Source: Thermococcus sp. JdFR-02 (lineage in GTDB: Archaea; Methanobacteriota_B; Thermococci; Thermococcales; Thermococcaceae). From it: a DNA stretch of 64,000 nucleotides. A model generated the notes under the pieces. That model did no database searches, had not been told where the DNA came from, and saw only the letters and a program-made list of their open reading frames with translations. Of this stretch, positions 8,586 to 17,744 are shown piece by piece. Position 1 is the first letter of the stretch. The number at the start of each line of letters is the position of its first letter. Location: positions 32,001 through 96,000 of the forward strand of contig MTLP01000012.1 in assembly GCA_002009975.1 (NCBI GenBank), read 5' to 3'. The position numbers and the translations under genes were made by a program.

Positions 8586-9308
8586 ATGGAGAAGCCCATT
8601 ACATTGAACTTGCCAAAAATTGAAAACCCAATCTTTATAGAGGGCTATCCAGGAATTGGACTTGTTGGACATATAGCAGCTAATTTTCTTGCAAAAGAAC
8701 TCAAAATGGAAATGATAGGGCACATTGAGAGCTCATTCATTCCACCAATAACCTTAATTTTAGAAGGAAAACCAAATCCCCCAATAAGATTTTACGCAAA
8801 GGATAACGTGATAATAGCCATCGCCGACATTTATATAACCCCAACGCTTGTAAATGAGATAGCTAAGGAAGTCGTTAGCTATCTAAAGGAAACCAACGCT
8901 CAAAAAGTAATCTCAATGGGCGGCATGGGCATTGGATTTTTCAAAGAAAAAATGGAAGTTTATGGAGTTGGAGGAAGCGAAGAGGAAAATAAAGAGCTGG
9001 AGGATATTGGGGTAAAGATACTCAAATTCGGCTCAATAATGGGGATGAGCGGTAGGCTACTTTGGGAAGCCTCAAAGGAAAAACTAAAGAGCTACGTCCT
9101 CTTGGGCGAAACTTTTGGAGATAGACCAGATCCAAGGGCAGCTGCAAATGTAATAGAGTACCTCAAAAAGCTCATTCCATTAGAGGTTTCAACCGAACCA
9201 CTAATCAAAGAAGCGGAAATGATTGAAGAACAATTAAGGAGAATGCATGAACAGATGGAAATTGCAAGAAGAAAAGCCGAGAAAGAATACGAGAGCGTTT
9301 ATGTATGA
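8586..9308 (+). CDS. Proteasome assembly chaperone (PAC2) family protein
   Basis: IEGYPGIGLVGHIAA and PDPRAAA motifs. Confidence 0.85.
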   Translation: MEKPITLNLPKIENPIFIEGYPGIGLVGHIAANFLAKELKMEMIGHIESSFIPPITLILEGKPNPPIRFYAKDNVIIAIADIYITPTLVNEIAKEVVSYLKETNAQKVISMGGMGIGFFKEKMEVYGVGGSEEENKELEDIGVKILKFGSIMGMSGRLLWEASKEKLKSYVLLGETFGDRPDPRAAANVIEYLKKLIPLEVSTEPLIKEAEMIEEQLRRMHEQMEIARRKAEKEYESVYV

Positions 9309-9318
9309 GGTGATGCTA

Positions 9319-9705
9319 ATGCTTGAAGAAATTTTAGTTTTAACCGGAATATCAAGGAGAACCTTGGATTCTTTACTTAAAAGCCCATACAAAACAATTG
9401 AAATTAGAAACGCTAGAAATGTTCTCGCCTTAAGCAGAATTAAAGCTGGAGAAAAGATATTCCTAACTTATGAAACCTTCCATGATATTGTAAAAGGAAC
9501 TGAAGGCATAGTTGCTGAAATTTTAAGAGTTGAGAGCATGGAGCAGAGGGTTTTATGGGAAGAAAGTGATGAAAGGGAGCAGATGATTTGCAGAGTTCAG
9601 TTAAAACTTTTGGGTCTTGGAAAAGTTTTGGAAATCGTTGAAAGAAATAGTGCAATAAGGGTAAAGATCAGAGAGATGCTCCCACATGAGATGAGGATGG
9701 GTTAA
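9319..9705 (+). CDS. DUF473 family protein
   Basis: LTGIS...KTIEIRNARN...GTEGIVA. RBS GAGGTGA precedes ATG 9319. Confidence 0.7.
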   Translation: MLEEILVLTGISRRTLDSLLKSPYKTIEIRNARNVLALSRIKAGEKIFLTYETFHDIVKGTEGIVAEILRVESMEQRVLWEESDEREQMICRVQLKLLGLGKVLEIVERNSAIRVKIREMLPHEMRMG

Positions 9706-9737
9706 AATATTTAAGAGTTTCCGTTTTGGACTGAGAA

Positions 9738-10493
9738 TTAGAAAATATCAAGTGTCTTTTGCTTCCCTCTTTTGATTTTCCCTCGTTTAGGAGGTTTTAG
9801 TTTCCTAAATTCAAGCCCTTCTTTTTCTAAAAGCTTTCTTGCACCTTCTGTCAGAGATGGAGCAACCAAAATGCCCCTGACTTTCCCATATTCTTCTTTT
9901 AAGGCATCAACATAACGTTTCAACTGGCTTACCGCGTGTAGATCTGCCCTTCTGCGCTTTAACTCCAAAACAACAATGTTGCCTTCTTTATCCTTACCCA
10001 AAACATCAACTATACCATGTTTTATGGGTTTTTCCTTGGATAGTGGCTTAAAACCTTCTTCAATAAGTTCTGGATTCTCAAAAATTAGGTCTGCCATTTC
10101 TTTTTCGCTTCCTGTTAGGGCTAATTCTTCATAATCCTCTGCTGAGAAATAGCTTGCGAGGTAAACATTAATTAGCTCAACTTCTAAAATCTCCCTCGGC
10201 TTTTTCCTTACGCTTTTTAGAATAATATTTTCATCTTTTACTTCAAAGCTGGCAATACTTCCAGGCGGTTGCCAATTCACAGGTTCTCTTTTGTTCTTTT
10301 GATGGATTAAAAAAGAGCCATCTGGTTTGATCATAATAACCCGATCCCCAGGACCGAGTTCACTCTTAGCCCTTCCATCATAAGATACCTTGCATAGGGC
10401 AAAAATGGTGAGTATAGCTTCATTTCTAAGCCCTTCACTAACCAGTTCAATTAATTCATCTTTCGTTGGATTAACTTTAGATTTAACTTTCAT
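9738..10493 (-). CDS. nucS: Mismatch-specific endonuclease NucS/EndoMS
   Basis: YDGRAKS.L..GDR...IKPDGS.LIH, PVNWQP, D...ELK...QL.RY nuclease motif and C-terminal PIP box QKTLDIF. Confidence 0.95.
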   Translation of the reverse strand: MKVKSKVNPTKDELIELVSEGLRNEAILTIFALCKVSYDGRAKSELGPGDRVIMIKPDGSFLIHQKNKREPVNWQPPGSIASFEVKDENIILKSVRKKPREILEVELINVYLASYFSAEDYEELALTGSEKEMADLIFENPELIEEGFKPLSKEKPIKHGIVDVLGKDKEGNIVVLELKRRRADLHAVSQLKRYVDALKEEYGKVRGILVAPSLTEGARKLLEKEGLEFRKLKPPKRGKIKRGKQKTLDIF

Positions 10494-10568
10494 CTCCTTT
10501 TCCCAACCATGGGTTTGGAACTTAACATCTTATAAAGTTTTCAAACTTAATTCTCTCGGGGGATGTGA

Positions 10569-10982
10569 ATGCATGAATGGGCGTTAGCTGATGCTATAGT
10601 TAGGACAGCTTTAAATGTTGCTCAGGAAAATGAAGCAAATAAAGTTCTTGAAATTAGAGTTGTTTTAGGCGAATTGCAGGATGTTGATACGGAATTGATT
10701 GAATTTGCAGTTAAAGAGCTTATAAAAGGGACAATAGCAGAAAATGCAAAGATAACCTTCATTGAAGAAGAAGCACTTTTCAAATGCAGGAACTGTAGTT
10801 TTGAGTGGAAATTAAAAGACATCAAGGAAAGCTTAGATGAAAGAATTAAAGAGGATATTCACTTCATTCCAGAGGTTGCTCACGCATTCATGAAATGCCC
10901 AAAATGTAAAAGCCCAGATTTTGATGTAGTTAAAGGAAGAGGCGTTTATATAGAGGGAATAAAAGTGGCAAAGGAGGAGTAG
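10569..10982 (+). CDS. hypA: Hydrogenase nickel incorporation protein HypA
   Basis: MHE start, two CxxC motifs, GRGVYIE. Confidence 0.93.
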   Translation: MHEWALADAIVRTALNVAQENEANKVLEIRVVLGELQDVDTELIEFAVKELIKGTIAENAKITFIEEEALFKCRNCSFEWKLKDIKESLDERIKEDIHFIPEVAHAFMKCPKCKSPDFDVVKGRGVYIEGIKVAKEE

Positions 10983-10984
10983 CG

Positions 10985-11710
10985 ATGCTCGATCCAAGAA
11001 TTAACGTCATAGATGAGCGTTTGAAAGGTATTAAGAGAGTAATCCCGGTAGTGAGTGGAAAAGGAGGCGTTGGAAAATCGATAGTCTCTACAACCCTTGC
11101 TCTAATTTTAGCTAAAAAAGGATTTAAAGTTGGGCTTTTGGACTTAGACTTTCATGGAGCAAGTGATCATGTAATCTTAGGGGTCAAAGATATATTTCCA
11201 GAAGAGGAGAAAGGTGTTATACCCCCTGAGATTTATGGGATTAAATTCATGAGCATAGCATTTTATTCAGAAGATAAACCAACCCCATTAAGGGGAAAAG
11301 AAATTACAGATGCGTTACTTGAACTTTTAGCAATAACAAGATGGGAAGACCTAGATTTCCTAGTCATTGATATGCCCCCAGGATTAGGAGAACAGTTCCT
11401 TGATCTTTTAAGGTTCATAAAGAGAGGAGAATTTCTGATTGTTGCTACACCTTCAAAACTGGCAATAAATGTTGTTAAAAAAGTGGTGGAACTTTTGAAA
11501 GAACTAAACCTCAAAACATTAGGGATAGTGGAGAACATGAAGCTAGACGATGAAAAAGAAATCAAAGAACTTGCAGAAGAATTTGAGATACCTTATTTGG
11601 TAGATATTCCTCTGTACAGAGATTTGGATGAAAAGATTGGGAATATTGAAGCGTTACTAAGTTCAGAGTTTGCAGAAAAAATTGAAAAAGTTGCAGAAAA
11701 GATTCTTTAA
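10985..11710 (+). CDS. Mrp/NBP35-family ATPase, the ATPase-type HypB partner of Thermococcales HypA
   Basis: [20 protein letters not shown] and GIVENM; begins 2 bp after hypA. Confidence 0.85.
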   Translation: MLDPRINVIDERLKGIKRVIPVVSGKGGVGKSIVSTTLALILAKKGFKVGLLDLDFHGASDHVILGVKDIFPEEEKGVIPPEIYGIKFMSIAFYSEDKPTPLRGKEITDALLELLAITRWEDLDFLVIDMPPGLGEQFLDLLRFIKRGEFLIVATPSKLAINVVKKVVELLKELNLKTLGIVENMKLDDEKEIKELAEEFEIPYLVDIPLYRDLDEKIGNIEALLSSEFAEKIEKVAEKIL

Positions 11711-12777
11711 TCTTCTATTCCTTTTTCAGTAATTTTGAATGCTGCCTCTCCTTCAGGCAGGTGAGGCGAATCCACTAATCTTGCGATTCTCTTTCCACCT
11801 TTTCCTTTTCTTAGATAAAGCCTAACTGTTGCTGAGTGAGCCAATATATGACCACCAATTGGTCTCGTTGGATCTCCAAAGAAAGCATCAGGTCTTGCTT
11901 GAACTTGGTTTGTAACAAAAATTGCAACATCATGTAAGTTAGCTAGGCGGTGCAAATCAGATAAATGTTTCCCAAGCTTTTGTTGTCTCTCTGCTAATGC
12001 TCCTCTCCCAATATATTCAGCTCTGAAGTGAGAGGTTAGAGAATCCACGACAACTAGCTTAATATTGTTGTTCTTTATGAGTTCTTCAGCTTTTTCTACT
12101 AGAAGCATTTGGTGGTTTGAATTGTAAGCCCTTGCAACATATATGTTCTTCAGGACTTCCTCAGGATCCAAACCCCTATTTTCTGCAATTTGCCTAATTC
12201 TCTCTGGTCTAAATGTGTTCTCGGTGTCGATATAAATAGCACCTGCTTCTAATCCACCTTCATCTCTCCCAAGTTGAACGGTCACACAAAGGGTGTGAGC
12301 TATTTGGGTCTTTCCACTTCCAAACTCACCGAAAACTTCTGTAATTGCTTGGGTTTCAACTCCTCCACCTAAAAGCTTATCCAAAGCCTTGCTTCCAGTA
12401 GTAATTTTCCCAATTATTTGTCTTCTCTGTAAATATTCATCCGCCCTTATGAAGGTGCCAATATTTGCAGCCTCTCTTGCTGCCTGGATTATCTTTAATG
12501 CCGCACCCTCACTTATTCCAGCTATTTCTTTAAGCTCAAGCGGAGATGCAACAGCTATTGCTTCTAACGTATCAAAACCAGCTTCTCTAAGTTTTTCAGC
12601 TGTTGCTGGACCTACCCCCGGTAAGTCCTCAAGTGTGCTTACCTCTTTTTTCTTCTTTTTCTTGACAGATTCAACAACACTTTCTACAATAGTTTCTTCA
12701 AGTTCATTTTCAACAGGCAATTCTTCAAACTCATCCAATTCTTTAATTTCCTCTGCAGATTTCTTTTTTCTCGCCAT
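11707..12777 (-). CDS. radA: DNA repair and recombination protein RadA, no intein
   Basis: HhH LPGVG, Walker [20 protein letters not shown] and PIGGHILAH. Confidence 0.97.
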   Translation of the reverse strand: MARKKKSAEEIKELDEFEELPVENELEETIVESVVESVKKKKKKEVSTLEDLPGVGPATAEKLREAGFDTLEAIAVASPLELKEIAGISEGAALKIIQAAREAANIGTFIRADEYLQRRQIIGKITTGSKALDKLLGGGVETQAITEVFGEFGSGKTQIAHTLCVTVQLGRDEGGLEAGAIYIDTENTFRPERIRQIAENRGLDPEEVLKNIYVARAYNSNHQMLLVEKAEELIKNNNIKLVVVDSLTSHFRAEYIGRGALAERQQKLGKHLSDLHRLANLHDVAIFVTNQVQARPDAFFGDPTRPIGGHILAHSATVRLYLRKGKGGKRIARLVDSPHLPEGEAAFKITEKGIED

Positions 12778-12992
12778 GTTTACCACCTATTAGCATGACA
12801 GTCGCTAACTTTAAGGCATCGAAGGATTATATATTTTTCTCTTTTATTAAATGAGCAAATGGCATGTTAAAATCAAAAATACGTTGTGAGTAACCCCCAA
12901 TTGTTAAAATAAAGCCAAGCAAGAGATATATTTCCAGTGGAGACATGGCTCACATATTTAGTACAATGATATGGAAATTTTTTCATATATAT

Positions 12993-13019
12993 CCCAGGGA
13001 GTTTTATTTCCACTGGAAC
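12993..13019 (-). repeat. ORB, left arm of a perfect 27-bp inverted repeat
   Basis: CCCAGGGAGTTTTATTTCCACTGGAAC is the exact reverse complement of 13269-13295. Confidence 0.92.
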
Positions 13020-13268
13020 CAAGTTTTGACATATTCAACAGATCAGGTAGTGTGAAATAGAGAAACAAGGTTTATAAATGCTTTTTAACTTTGTAAATAG
13101 TCAAATGTTCAGTCTAGTTATATACTAATGCATGTTTTGTTTCAGTTTTTACATTTTTATGTATTAATTTTTGAACAATGTTCATAGATAAGTTTATATA
13201 TTGTGAGGAGTATAAGAGATGGGAGTGTTTATCACCAAAACAACAAAATTTTTCTGTGTCTGTCCGCA

Positions 13269-13297
13269 GTTCCAGTGGAAATAAAACTCCCTGGGGG
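13269..13297 (+). repeat. ORB, right arm, with G-string
   Basis: GTTCCAGTGGAAATAAAACTCCCTGGGGG matches the archaeal ORB consensus. Confidence 0.92.
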
Positions 13298-13550
13298 TTA
13301 ATATTTATTTAATAGATTTGGAATTGTTAAATAATATTGTTTTTCTAAAGTGTTCTGAAATGTGCACCAATGATCTAATTTTTCATGATAATTGTTAGGA
13401 GTGTTATCCAAAGGAAATTATCAGTTGTGTTCAAAGAGACGTTTACATTGTTAAATTCTTGATGAACTCACTTGTGCATTAAACACCTTTATTTCCTTTG
13501 GAACAGTGGACTTTTAAGAGATAAAGGCAAAATAACTTTTGGTGATTCCA

Positions 13551-14162
13551 GTGGAAGAACAAGTCCTTAAATGGTTAAAGGAAGGTAGGGATGATGCTGA
13601 AGATATTGTTGATTTTCCATGGAATGTTAAAAAACAGTCTGAACATGTTTATTTGGCAGAGTATCCAAAAATACCCTTTGTGCTTAATGTCGTGTTTACA
13701 GAAGGTTTTGTTCATTTGATAGTTCCTTTTGGCTTGGAGACGGTCTCACTTGAACCATCTGAAAGACTTAAACTTTATCATACGTTGCTCCTATTGAATG
13801 ATAAAATAAATCTCCTTAAGTTCACCCTGAGTGGATTTAATGAGGAAATTGTTCTTAGGGTTGATTTGGATAGAAAATCCCTTGGAAAGGAGGAATTCAA
13901 CGATGCTTTAACTTCATTGCTGATTGGTGTTAATGAACTAGTGAAAGCTCTTGGTTTGGAAAAAGACTTTGCGAGATCTATATTTGAACGGGTAGCACTT
14001 ATGATAATTGAAAGATTGCAAAGGGGTGCAACTAAGAAAGATTTAGTTAAATTTTTAGTAGTCAAAGTGGGGATGAAAAGAGAAGAAGCTGAAGCATTTA
14101 TAGATGAAATCATTAAAGCCCAGAAGGAGGAAGAACGAAAAAGCAGCATTGGCTATGTTTGA
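13551..14162 (+). CDS. Conserved hypothetical protein between oriC and cdc6 (possible YbjN/CesT-like fold)
   Basis: Long ORF with RBS GGTGAT (13541-13546) before GTG 13551. LLLLND...KFTL...IVLRVDL pattern resembles YbjN-type domains (inference). Confidence 0.7.
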   Translation: MEEQVLKWLKEGRDDAEDIVDFPWNVKKQSEHVYLAEYPKIPFVLNVVFTEGFVHLIVPFGLETVSLEPSERLKLYHTLLLLNDKINLLKFTLSGFNEEIVLRVDLDRKSLGKEEFNDALTSLLIGVNELVKALGLEKDFARSIFERVALMIIERLQRGATKKDLVKFLVVKVGMKREEAEAFIDEIIKAQKEEERKSSIGYV

Positions 14163-14453
14163 TTTTTAATTGTTTTCTTTTTTAGTTGACATATTCCTAG
14201 GCTGATAAAATTTGTATTTCTCAAGATGTCTTAACTGAAATTTACATGAACTTGCTCAATAAAGCATATATACCCCTCAAGCTATTATCTTATTTGCATT
14301 TCCTATGCTTCCTGTGTTTCCTTTGGAGCCAAAATATTGTGGTATTTAAACAAATAACAAATGTTACAATTGTAACATTAAGACATTTAATCAATAACAT
14401 ATTGAATTATACGAACAGTAAAATTAAATGCTGTCTTTAAAAGCAAGAGTTCC

Positions 14454-14467
14454 ATTTCCAGTGGAGG
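14454..14467 (+). promoter_or_regulatory. Mini-ORB between the TATA-like box and start of cdc6 (candidate autoregulatory site)
   Basis: ATTTCCAGTGGAGG lies after TTTAAAA (14436-14442) and overlaps the RBS-like GGAGG. Confidence 0.7.
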
Positions 14468-14474
14468 TTCGAGG

Positions 14475-15731
14475 ATGAGAGAGAATGAACAAACTTATTT
14501 GGACTCAATTTTTGAAAAGTATTTGAATGCAAGGAAGATATTCAAAAATAAGGAAGTTCTTAGACATAGCTATACTCCAAAAGAATTGCCTCATAGAAGG
14601 GAACAAATAGAATCTCTGGCTCACATCCTTGTTCCAGTACTTAGGGGTGAAACACCTTCCAATATTTTCGTTTATGGAAAAACTGGAACTGGAAAAACTG
14701 TAACTGTAAAGTTTGTAACTGAAGAGCTTAAGAGGATTTCAATGAAGTACAACATCCCTGTTGAGGTTATTTATCTCAATTGTGAAATTGTTGACACTCA
14801 ATATAGAGTTTTAGCCAATATTGTCAACCATTTTAAGCATGAAAGTGGGTTTGAAGTTCCTTTGGTTGGATGGCCCACAGATGAGGTTTATTCCAAACTT
14901 AAGCAGATCATAGATTCAAAAGATAGATTTGTTATCATAGTCCTTGACGAAATCGATAAGCTAGTCAAAAAGAGTGGTGATGATATTCTCTATAATCTAA
15001 CACGTGTAAATACAGAGCTGAGTAAAGCAAAAGTCAGCATTATTGGAATTTCCAACGATTTAAAATTCAAGGATTATTTGGATCCAAGAGTTTTAAGCTC
15101 TTTAAGTGAAGAGGAAGTGGTGTTTCCACCCTATGATGCTAACCAGCTTAGAGATATCCTCCAACAAAGGGCTGATGTTGCTTTTTATGAAGATGTTTTG
15201 GATGAAGCCGTTGTGCCGTTATGTGCCGCTTTAGCAGCAAGAGAGCATGGGGATGCAAGAAGAGCTTTGGATTTGCTTAGAGTTAGTGGAGAAATCGCTG
15301 AAAGGGAAGGAGCTCCAAGAGTCACCGAGAGGCACGTTTGGAAAGCCCAGGAAAAAATCGAACAAGATACGATGGAGGAGGTTATAAAAACCCTCCCCTT
15401 GCACTCAAAGTTTGTTCTCTATTCGATAGTCCTTTTAGATGAAAATGGCGAGTTGCCGGCAAATACTGGAGATGTTTATGCGGTTTATAAGGAGATTTGT
15501 GAATACATGGATGTTGAACCTTTAACTCAAAGAAGGGTAAGCGATTTAATTAGTGAGCTTGACATGTTGGGGATAATAAATGCTAAGGTTGTCAGCAAGG
15601 GGAGGTATGGAAGGACAAAGGAGATTAGATTGAACGTTACACCCTATAAAGTCAAAAATATATATAGAACAGAGTACCATCTTCAACCGCTCTTAACATT
15701 GAGCATGGTTAAGCAGAGGAGGTTGTTTTGA
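14475..15731 (+). CDS. cdc6: Orc1/Cdc6 replication initiator
   Basis: Walker A GKTGTGKT, Walker B IIVLDEID, GDARRALDLL, winged-helix GRYGRT. Confidence 0.97.
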   Translation: MRENEQTYLDSIFEKYLNARKIFKNKEVLRHSYTPKELPHRREQIESLAHILVPVLRGETPSNIFVYGKTGTGKTVTVKFVTEELKRISMKYNIPVEVIYLNCEIVDTQYRVLANIVNHFKHESGFEVPLVGWPTDEVYSKLKQIIDSKDRFVIIVLDEIDKLVKKSGDDILYNLTRVNTELSKAKVSIIGISNDLKFKDYLDPRVLSSLSEEEVVFPPYDANQLRDILQQRADVAFYEDVLDEAVVPLCAALAAREHGDARRALDLLRVSGEIAEREGAPRVTERHVWKAQEKIEQDTMEEVIKTLPLHSKFVLYSIVLLDENGELPANTGDVYAVYKEICEYMDVEPLTQRRVSDLISELDMLGIINAKVVSKGRYGRTKEIRLNVTPYKVKNIYRTEYHLQPLLTLSMVKQRRLF

Positions 15732-17731
15732 TGGATGAGCTTATTAAGGACTTGCTTGCCAACAAATACTTAATAACTCCTCCAGCTTATTTTGTTTTGT
15801 CAGAGCATTATAAAAAAGAATTTGCACTTGCAGAGCTAATAAAATTCACAAAGCAGAAATTTAACACATTTATTATTGATGATAATGTTGCTAAAGCGTT
15901 TTTAGAATATAAAGGTCTTTTAAGGGTTGGTGTTGAGAAGTACGTGCAAACTTCTACTGAAACCATGAAGGAAAAATTTCCAAAGGAAATTGGAACCGCT
16001 GAAACCCATGAAAAAGAATCCTTTTTCCTCGCTCAAACTATCGAAAAACCAACTTTGAAGGAGTATTCTGGTAAATCGCGTGAGGATATTGGTCATATTG
16101 TGGAATCAAGAGGTGAGGGGGAAGTTTATACTGAAGAAATTGGAACCTCTATTTCCACTGGAAACACCGAAATTTTGGAGTCGTTAGAAGGCTTTGATAA
16201 TGAATTAAAGGGAGAATATGTGGGAAATTTGGGGGGTACCAGTTCTATTTCCACTGGAACAGTTGAGGAAGGAGTGGAGTATAATGGAGAGGAGGTTGAA
16301 GTTAAGAGACAAGTGGTGGAAGAGTATGGTGCTTTAGTGCCTCTTGAAGAAGAGGAAATTCCAGAGGAAATTAAAGAGAAGAAGTATTCTGTTTATAGAG
16401 ATTTCAAAGTAACGCTCAAAGAAGATTTTGAACCTATTGCAAAGGAAATAAAACCCGAGTTTGAGATTAAATTCGATGTAAGAAAAGTGAAAATGAAGAG
16501 ACCCAAAGCAAAGAATGCAAATGGAAAGGAAGGTGAAATCATAATTAGAAGTTATGAAAATCTCTTTAGGAGCAGATTAAGGAAGCTTAGGAAGATATTG
16601 AGAGAGAACCCGGAGATAAGGGGTGTCGTTGATATTGGAAAATTGGGTTATATAAACTCTGATGGAGAAATCACAATTATTGGTCTTGTAAATTCAAAAA
16701 GGGAAACGGCAAAAGGATTCATTTTTGAAGTTGAAGACACTACTGGTGTTACCAAGGTATTCATCGGAAAGGACAGTGAAGATTACAAAAAAGCGTATGA
16801 TGTTTTATTGGACAGTGTTGTTGCTTTTAAAGGTTATTATTCAAAGAGAGGTATTCTATTTGCGAATCACCTTTATCTTCCTGACGTTCCATTGTATAAG
16901 AGGGAAAAGCCACCATTGGAAGAGAAAGTTTATGCTGTCTTAATCAGTGATATCCATGTGGGCAGTACAGAATTTTGTGAAAAAGCCTTCATGAAGTTCA
17001 TAGAATGGCTAAATGGTAACGTTGGAAGTAAGGAAGAGGAAGAAATTGTAAGTAGGATAAAGTATATGATAATAGCAGGTGATGTGGTTGATGGAATTGG
17101 TATCTATCCGGGGCAATATAACGAATTGAACATTCCAGATATTTTTGATCAATATGAAGCTTTAGCAAATCTCTTATCCAATGTTCCCGAACATATACAA
17201 ATGTTTATTGGTCCTGGAAACCACGACGCTGCAAGAACAGCATTACCTCAACCAGAATTTTACAAAGAGTATGCTAAACCACTCTATGATTTGAAGAATG
17301 CTATAATAATTAGCAATCCAGCATTAATTAATTTACATGGGAGAGACTTTTTAATTGTGCATGGAAGGGGAATTGAAGACGTCGTTGGGAACGTTCCAGG
17401 TGTAACTCACCACAAACCAGCAATGCCCATGGTGGAATTACTAAAGTTAAGGCATTTGGCACCAACTTTTGGAGGAAAGGTCCCAATAGCACCAGATCCA
17501 GAAGATTTGCTGGTGATTGAGGAAGTTCCAGATTTAGTTCAAATGGGGCATGTTCACGTTTTGGATTATCAAGTCTACCGCGGTGTCTTTTTAATAAACT
17601 CAGCAACTTGGCAAGCTCAAACAGAGTTTCAAAAGATGGTTAACATAGTTCCAACTCCAGCGAGAGTTCCTATAATAGATATTGAGACTGCAAGATTGAA
17701 AACGATTGTTGATTTTACCAAATGGTGTTAG
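15731..17731 (+). CDS. polB: DNA polymerase D small (proofreading) subunit DP1
   Basis: OB fold and phosphoesterase motifs SDIHVGS, GDVVDG, PGNHD, HLAP and GHVH. ATG overlaps the cdc6 stop. Confidence 0.95.
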   Translation: MDELIKDLLANKYLITPPAYFVLSEHYKKEFALAELIKFTKQKFNTFIIDDNVAKAFLEYKGLLRVGVEKYVQTSTETMKEKFPKEIGTAETHEKESFFLAQTIEKPTLKEYSGKSREDIGHIVESRGEGEVYTEEIGTSISTGNTEILESLEGFDNELKGEYVGNLGGTSSISTGTVEEGVEYNGEEVEVKRQVVEEYGALVPLEEEEIPEEIKEKKYSVYRDFKVTLKEDFEPIAKEIKPEFEIKFDVRKVKMKRPKAKNANGKEGEIIIRSYENLFRSRLRKLRKILRENPEIRGVVDIGKLGYINSDGEITIIGLVNSKRETAKGFIFEVEDTTGVTKVFIGKDSEDYKKAYDVLLDSVVAFKGYYSKRGILFANHLYLPDVPLYKREKPPLEEKVYAVLISDIHVGSTEFCEKAFMKFIEWLNGNVGSKEEEEIVSRIKYMIIAGDVVDGIGIYPGQYNELNIPDIFDQYEALANLLSNVPEHIQMFIGPGNHDAARTALPQPEFYKEYAKPLYDLKNAIIISNPALINLHGRDFLIVHGRGIEDVVGNVPGVTHHKPAMPMVELLKLRHLAPTFGGKVPIAPDPEDLLVIEEVPDLVQMGHVHVLDYQVYRGVFLINSATWQAQTEFQKMVNIVPTPARVPIIDIETARLKTIVDFTKWC

Positions 17732-17744
17732 CGGGTGAATTCTA

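Larger units (their letters stand above)
12928..13297. other. Replication origin oriC: ORBs flanking an AT-rich DNA-unwinding element
   Basis: Long non-coding region near cdc6. ORBs at 12928-12944, 12993-13019 and 13269-13297 (the last with G-string GGGGG); AT-rich interval 13020-13268. Confidence 0.92.

Noticed and set aside
12993-13295. 27-bp perfect inverted repeat read as MITE/IS ends
   Set aside because: The sequence is the ORB consensus near cdc6; no transposase or target-site duplication is seen.
14246-14440. 64-aa ORF upstream of cdc6
   Set aside because: No RBS, atypical composition, and it overlaps the promoter region, an ORB variant and the palindrome.
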